Shown: one piece after another, positions 59,233 through 64,000 of the stretch | Position numbering within the stretch: the stretch's first letter is position 1 | Layout of the letters: each line of letters opens with the position of its first letter | Source: an uncultured Chloroflexia bacterium | Lineage (GTDB): Bacteria > Chloroflexota > Limnocylindria > Limnocylindrales > CSP1-4 | Assembly (NCBI GenBank): GCA_963837215.1 | Contig: CAWIML010000009.1 | Coordinates: 490,883-554,882, forward strand | Length of the DNA: 64,000 nucleotides | Direction: 5' to 3' | Translations under genes and position numbers: made by a program | Notes under the pieces: model-generated | The model's database searches: none | Told to the model about the DNA's origin: nothing | What the model saw: only the letters and a program-made list of their open reading frames with translations

Positions 59233-62200
59233 GTGACCTCCGACCGCCCAGGAACGGCGCGTCGTAGCCTGGCCGTCCGCACCTTCCTCATCGCGGACAT
59301 CCGCGGCTACACACGCTTCACCGCCCAGCACGGCGACGAGGCCGCCTCGCGCCTGGCGCGGCGGTTCGCCGAGGTCGCCGGAGAAGGGGTCGGAGGCGTG
59401 GGGCGGTGAGCTGGTCGAGCTACGCGGGGACGAAGCGCTGGCAGTCTTCGACTCGCCGCGCCGGGCGCTGCGCTGCGCCGTCGAGCTCCAGTCTGCCTTC
59501 GCCGACGAGACCCGGGCCGACCCGAGCCTGCCCCTGACCGGTCGGGATCGGACTCGACGCCGGTGAGGCGGTGCCGGTCGAGGATGGCTATCGCGGCGCG
59601 GCGCTGAACCTCGCGGCGCGGCTCTGCGCCATCGGCCGCGCGCTGGCGAGACGCTCGCCAGCGCGAACGTCGTCCGGCTGGCGGGGCCGGTCGATGGCCT
59701 CGCTCATCGGCGAACTGGTCGGGCCGGGCGCTAAAGGGGCTCGACGAGGCGGTCGAGGCGGCGCTCATCGGGCCGGTCACCGACGGCGACCGACGCTCGA
59801 GAGTGACGCCGGCGCCGGCCGATGCGGCGACTGATCGCCACCGGCCGAAGGACAGTGGCCGCGACCACGTTCCCGGCCGAGCTCGAGCCGGTCGTGCCCG
59901 CTCGTCGGGCGTGTCGACGAGCTGCGCTGGCTGCGCTGGCACTGGCGTCGGGCGCGTCACGGCCACGGCCGGCGGTCGTGGTCATTTCCGGGCCGCCGGG
60001 CATCGGCAAGACGCGGCTCTCGGCCGAGCTCGCGACGCTCGCCCAGGCCGACCGGCGCGCGCGTTCAGATACCTGCCCGGCCGCCAGGTGGCGCCGAGCC
60101 GACTGTGCTGGCCGGCATCGACTACCGGGCCCGGCGCTGCGTCGTGATCGACGACCTCGACGCCGCCCCGGCGCCCTCGCCAGCAGGCGGTCACCGACGC
60201 TGACGCGTGGACGTGTCCGGCGACGGCGATGCTCCTGCTCGTCATCCACCGGCGAGGCGGCCGCTCAGTCCGTGCTCGCGGTCATGATCGAGCGACTGGC
60301 GCCCGCGCGAGCGGCGCCTGCACCCTCGGCCCACTGTCGGCGGACGAGGTCCGCGCCATCGCCGCCCTCTACGCGGGAGCCGCGGCCGACCAGGCGCCGA
60401 TCCGCCAGCTGATGGACGACTCACACGAGGCGTCCCGGCCGCAGCCCACCGGGCGGCGGCAGTCTGGGCGCGCTCGGCCGCGTCGCAGTCGGCTCGGGCG
60501 CCGCCGCAGCCCGCGACCGAGGCCGGCCGCCGCGACCTGCGAGCCGCCCAGGACGAGCTCATCGGCGACGTGCGCCTCGCTCGAGCGCATCAGCGAGCGG
60601 ACGCGCCGCTACGCGCCCCGCAGATCAGGAGGCCGCCGGGCGATCGGGCGTCACCATCTGCCCGTACAAGGGCCTGGCCTCGTTCGAGGCCGTCGACGCC
60701 GAGTACTACTTCGGCCGCGACCGGCTGATCGCCGAGCTGGTGGCCAAGCTCGTCGGCAACCCGTTCCTGGGCTTCGTCGGCGCCTCCGGCAGCGGCAAGT
60801 CGTCCGCGCTCCGTGCCGGCCTCCTGCCGGCCCTGGCCGGCGGGGTCCTGCCCGGCAGCGATCGGCTGGCTGCAGGTGCTCATGCGACCCGGCGAGCATC
60901 CCATGGCCGCGCTTGGCCAGGCGCTGGCCCGCGCGCTGCCGGACGCCCCGACGCCGAGCGCTCGATCCCGCCGACCCGCTCGGCGGATGCCGTGACCGCC
61001 TCGCGCCTGACCAGGGCCTCGTGCTCGCCGTCGACCAGTTCGAGGAGGTCTTCGGTGCGACGCGCGACGAGGCGGAGCGCGGCGCCTTCATCGACCTCCT
61101 GACGCACGGACCGGCGACGGCGTGCGGATCGTGGTCACGCTGCGGGCCGATCACTACGGCCACTGCGCCGCCTACCCGGCGCTGGCCCGGCTTGATCAGC
61201 GCCACCCATGTGCTCGTCGGGCCGTTGACGCCGACCGAGCTGGCGTCGGTCATCGAAGCACCCGGCGGAACGGGTCGGCCTGCGCGTCGAGCCCGAGCTC
61301 GCTCGAGGCCCTCGTCGCCGACGCCGGCAGCGAGCCCGCGCGTCCTGCCGCTCCTCTCGACCGCGCTGCTCGAGCTGTGGCAGGCGCGCCGCGGCGGCTG
61401 GCTGACGCTCGACGCCTACCGCGCGGGCGGCGGGCTGCACGGCGCCATCGCGCGCCTGGCCGAGGCCGCGTACGCCGAGCTCGACCCGGGCCAAGCGCGC
61501 GATCGCGCGCTCGATGCTCCTGCGCCTGGCCGGGCCGGGCGAGGGCGAAGGGGTCGTCCGGCGCCGGGTCCCGCTCGACCGAGCTCGACGCGGACGGCGA
61601 TCCGGTCGCGGGCCGGGTGCTCGAGACGCTCACCGACGCCCGCCTGCTGACCGCTGGCGATGGCTACGTCGAGGTCGCCCACGAGGCCCTGCTCCGCGAG
61701 TGGCCGCGGCTCCAGACATGGCTCGAGGAGGACGCCGAGGGTCGCAAGGTGCGCCTCCACCTCATCGGTGCGGCACGCGACTGGGAGCAGCGCGGCCGCG
61801 AGCCGGCCGATCTCTACCGCGGCGCTCGGCTGTCGGCCGCGCTGGACTGGGCGGGCGAGCACCAGGTCGAACTGAACGCGACCGAGCGAGCGTTCCTCGA
61901 GGCAAGCCGAGACGCGACAGAGCGCGAGGTCGAGAAGGAGCGGCGGACGAACCGACGACTGCGAGGGCTTGCTCGCCGGCGCCGCGGTTCTGCTCGTCGT
62001 CGCGCTCGGCGCGGGCGGCTTCGCCCTGAGCCAGGCGGACATCGCGCGCCAGCAGGCCGCGCTCGCCGGGCAGCGCCAGGCAGATGCCGAAGCTGCCCGG
62101 GTCGAGACGCGAGTCAGCGGCACGCTTCGCCCGCTCGCGGGAGCTGGCCGCGTCCGCAGTCTCCGTGATCGACGAAGATCCCACCCTAGCAAGATGCTCG

Positions 62201-64000
62201 CGGTGGCCGCCGCCAACATCGACGCCTCGGGCCTGGACATCGACTCGGCGCTCCGCCGCTCCTGGGCCGCCGACCGGCAGCTGGCGCGCTGGACGCCGCC
62301 GACGGACGCGCCGGTCGATCTCATCCTGACCTCCCTCCATCCCGATGGGCGCCACATGGCCGTCGTGACCGACCTCGGGCCTCGGGACCGGCTGTCCGTC
62401 GTCGACGTGCGCGACGGCACGACCCGCTGGACGTACGAACCCGAGCTGCCTCAGGCTGCCCTCAGCCGCGCCTTCTTCAGCACTGACGGAGAACGGGTGG
62501 TGGTGGAGATGGTCTGGGCGCCAGATGACGATGAGAAGGGCGTCGCACCGCCAGCCGACACGCTCGGTCTGCTGACCTTCGATGCCGAGACTGGCCGGCT
62601 GATCGAGCGCGTCGACACCGGGCCCTGCGGCGCGGACCTCTTCGAGGCTGCTGGCGGACATCGGGCTGTTGCGGACCGTGCCGAACGAACCAGAACTGGC
62701 CACCGACTGCTTCACCAACGACTTCGTCCCGCCCCTCGAGGCGGTCGACCTGGCGACCGGCGATCGGACGCTGCTGACGGAGACGCCCTGGGACTTCGTC
62801 GCCTTGTCCGCCGATGGCAGATATGCAGCGTTCACCGACGACTCGGATCAGCGTTCCTACGTCGTCGACCTGCGCTCCGGGGAGCGCGTCATGAGCTTGC
62901 CGATGGGCGACCTCGGCCAGGACGATAGCTATGTGCGAGCGCTGAGCGCCGACGGCTCGCTGCTCCTGTATGGCGATCGGCCGCCCAAGGTCTACGCCGT
63001 GCCCTCGGGCAATGAGGTGGCGGCGCTCGACCAGGGTGCGGGCGAGCACTTCGGCGCCTCGTTCGCTCCGACGGGCACCGTCGCCTACCTGTCCGGCCGC
63101 GACGCAGCCTCAGCGCATGGGATGCATCCACGGGCAGCCTCGTCTTCGCGGTCTGCTGCCGCGGGTGGCGGCATGCCGGTCGCCAACGCGGCAGGTCAGG
63201 TCCTGGTCGACGACGGCACTAGCAAGACCGTTGGGCTTTTCGACGGGACCGCGCGCGGAGAGGCCGGCGCCGTGGACACCTGCCGTGGCTTCACGTATGC
63301 CGGCCAGCTGGAGATCAATGGCGACGTCGCCACATACATCACCGACTGCGAGCTGGGCCGACGACGCTGTTCGTGGTCGACGTGCCGAGCCTCTCGGTCC
63401 GTGCGACCTTGGAGGACGCAGAGGGTCAGGACATCGCGCTCGCCCCGGACGGCCAGCAGGTGGCATCCGAGTGGACCATCGACGACGCGATGCAGCCCGT
63501 CCGGACGTTCGACACCGGCACGGGCCAGCCGCAGCTCACGTTCGAGGGCCTCTGCTCTTGGCGGATCGGTGTTCCCGGCCCGCGCGACGAGGCCGGGGTC
63601 GGCTGCAAGCCATTCCCGACAGATCCGTTCACGCTCTTCCCGCTGCGGATGGTGTATTCGCCAGATGGGACGATGGTCGCGTCGATGGAGAGTGGGCCGG
63701 CCGTCTGGGATGCAGCACCGGACGCTTGTTGAGCGCGCAGGCCTTGCCCGAAGGCTGCGACGTCTTAAAGGACTGCGGCGGCATCGGAGCGCTCTTCGAT
63801 CCCGCTAGCTCCGAGCTGCTTATCTCGACATGGGACTGCCAGCTGATGGCGCTGTCGGCGGATGACTGGAAGGTCACTCGGCGCCAGGCCCTCGAAGAGG
63901 CGATCGGCGATTGCGGACGCATGTCTCTTATCGGCTACACGTCAGAAGGGATCCTCATGGGCTTGAGCGGCACAGGCGGCAACGGTGGTGGCTGGCTCCA
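59233..64000 (+). pseudogene. Giant multidomain signalling/STAND locus: class III cyclase, AAA_16-type P-loop, nSTAND-type P-loop NTPase, TM helix and beta-propeller repeats. It has at least 15 frame changes and is truncated by the window end. Whether it is one gene or two is unresolved.
   Basis: Cyclase, ~59272-59760: VRTFLIADIRGYTRFT...WGGELVELRGDEALAVF...GIGLDAGEAV...GYRGAALNLAARL. P-loop 1 at 59990-60013: VVVISGPPGIGKTRL. nSTAND entry at 60659: CPYKGLASFEAVDAEYYFGRDRL, with Walker A at 60779-60802 (GASGSGKSS), then LVLAVDQFEE and VVTLRADHY. TM helix at ~61968-62030: LLAGAAVLLVVALGAGGFAL. Repeats from ~62330: HPDGRHMAVV, FSTDGERVVV, LSADGRYAAF, LSADGSLLLY, YSPDGTMVAS, VWDAATGRLL. Confidence 0.6.

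Noticed and set aside
1-64000. The frameshifts as programmed ribosomal frameshifting.
   Set aside because: There are too many, in unrelated gene families, without shared slippery heptamers or downstream structures at the sites I inspected.
57904-64000. The antitoxin, kinase and STAND region as a mobile defence island.
   Set aside because: No integrase, transposase, tRNA target or flanking direct repeats are visible. GC content is similar to the rest of the window until the last ~250 nt. The right boundary lies outside the window, so island status cannot be supported.

Overview
Visibly GC-rich chromosomal segment (roughly 70% by eye, not computed), densely packed with about 60 genes. The taxon is not determinable from this window; the F420 genes, leaderless-type promoters and gene families fit an Actinomycetota- or Chloroflexota-like organism. 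I saw no rRNA, tRNA, CRISPR array, transposase or integrase.

Gene blocks in order:
- Phosphate and polyphosphate supercluster (1-10735): partial sixA-like gene, phoU, pstBACS, an Ala/Lys-repeat protein coupled to ppx, a CYTH-CHAD protein and ppk1.
- DUF971 plus a degenerate ligase remnant, an S9 peptidase, and arsR divergent from deoC followed by two ALDH genes.
- Metal homeostasis: zur with a ZIP transporter and a Fur box, and nicO.
- Split arginine regulon: argH on the plus strand, argCJB-R-G on the minus strand with clear ARG boxes, and no argD or argF.
- fur-osmC.
- Heavily disrupted accessory block (38.6-46.3 kb): a NEW3-domain surface protein with an ABC-2 transporter, an ABC exporter and a SpeE-like membrane protein.
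- trxB, followed by the F420 island: cofE, cofC, cofD, LLM enzymes, fgd-family and PPOX genes.
- mtnP, an inositol monophosphatase, an RCK K+ channel, an orphan Phd/YefM antitoxin and a DAGK-like kinase.
- A giant multidomain locus (cyclase, AAA_16, nSTAND, TM helix, beta-propeller) that runs off the right edge.

Two window-wide points:
- Many recognisable genes are interrupted by frameshifts, and two by in-frame stops. The disruptions are strongly clustered. Most of the very long ORFs in the six-frame track are GC-driven antisense or chimeric artefacts.
- Many neighbouring genes overlap by 1-4 nt (ATGA, GTGA or TGATG), which suggests translational coupling.

All functional calls rest on my reading of the translated sequences and recognised motifs. 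No database search was run.
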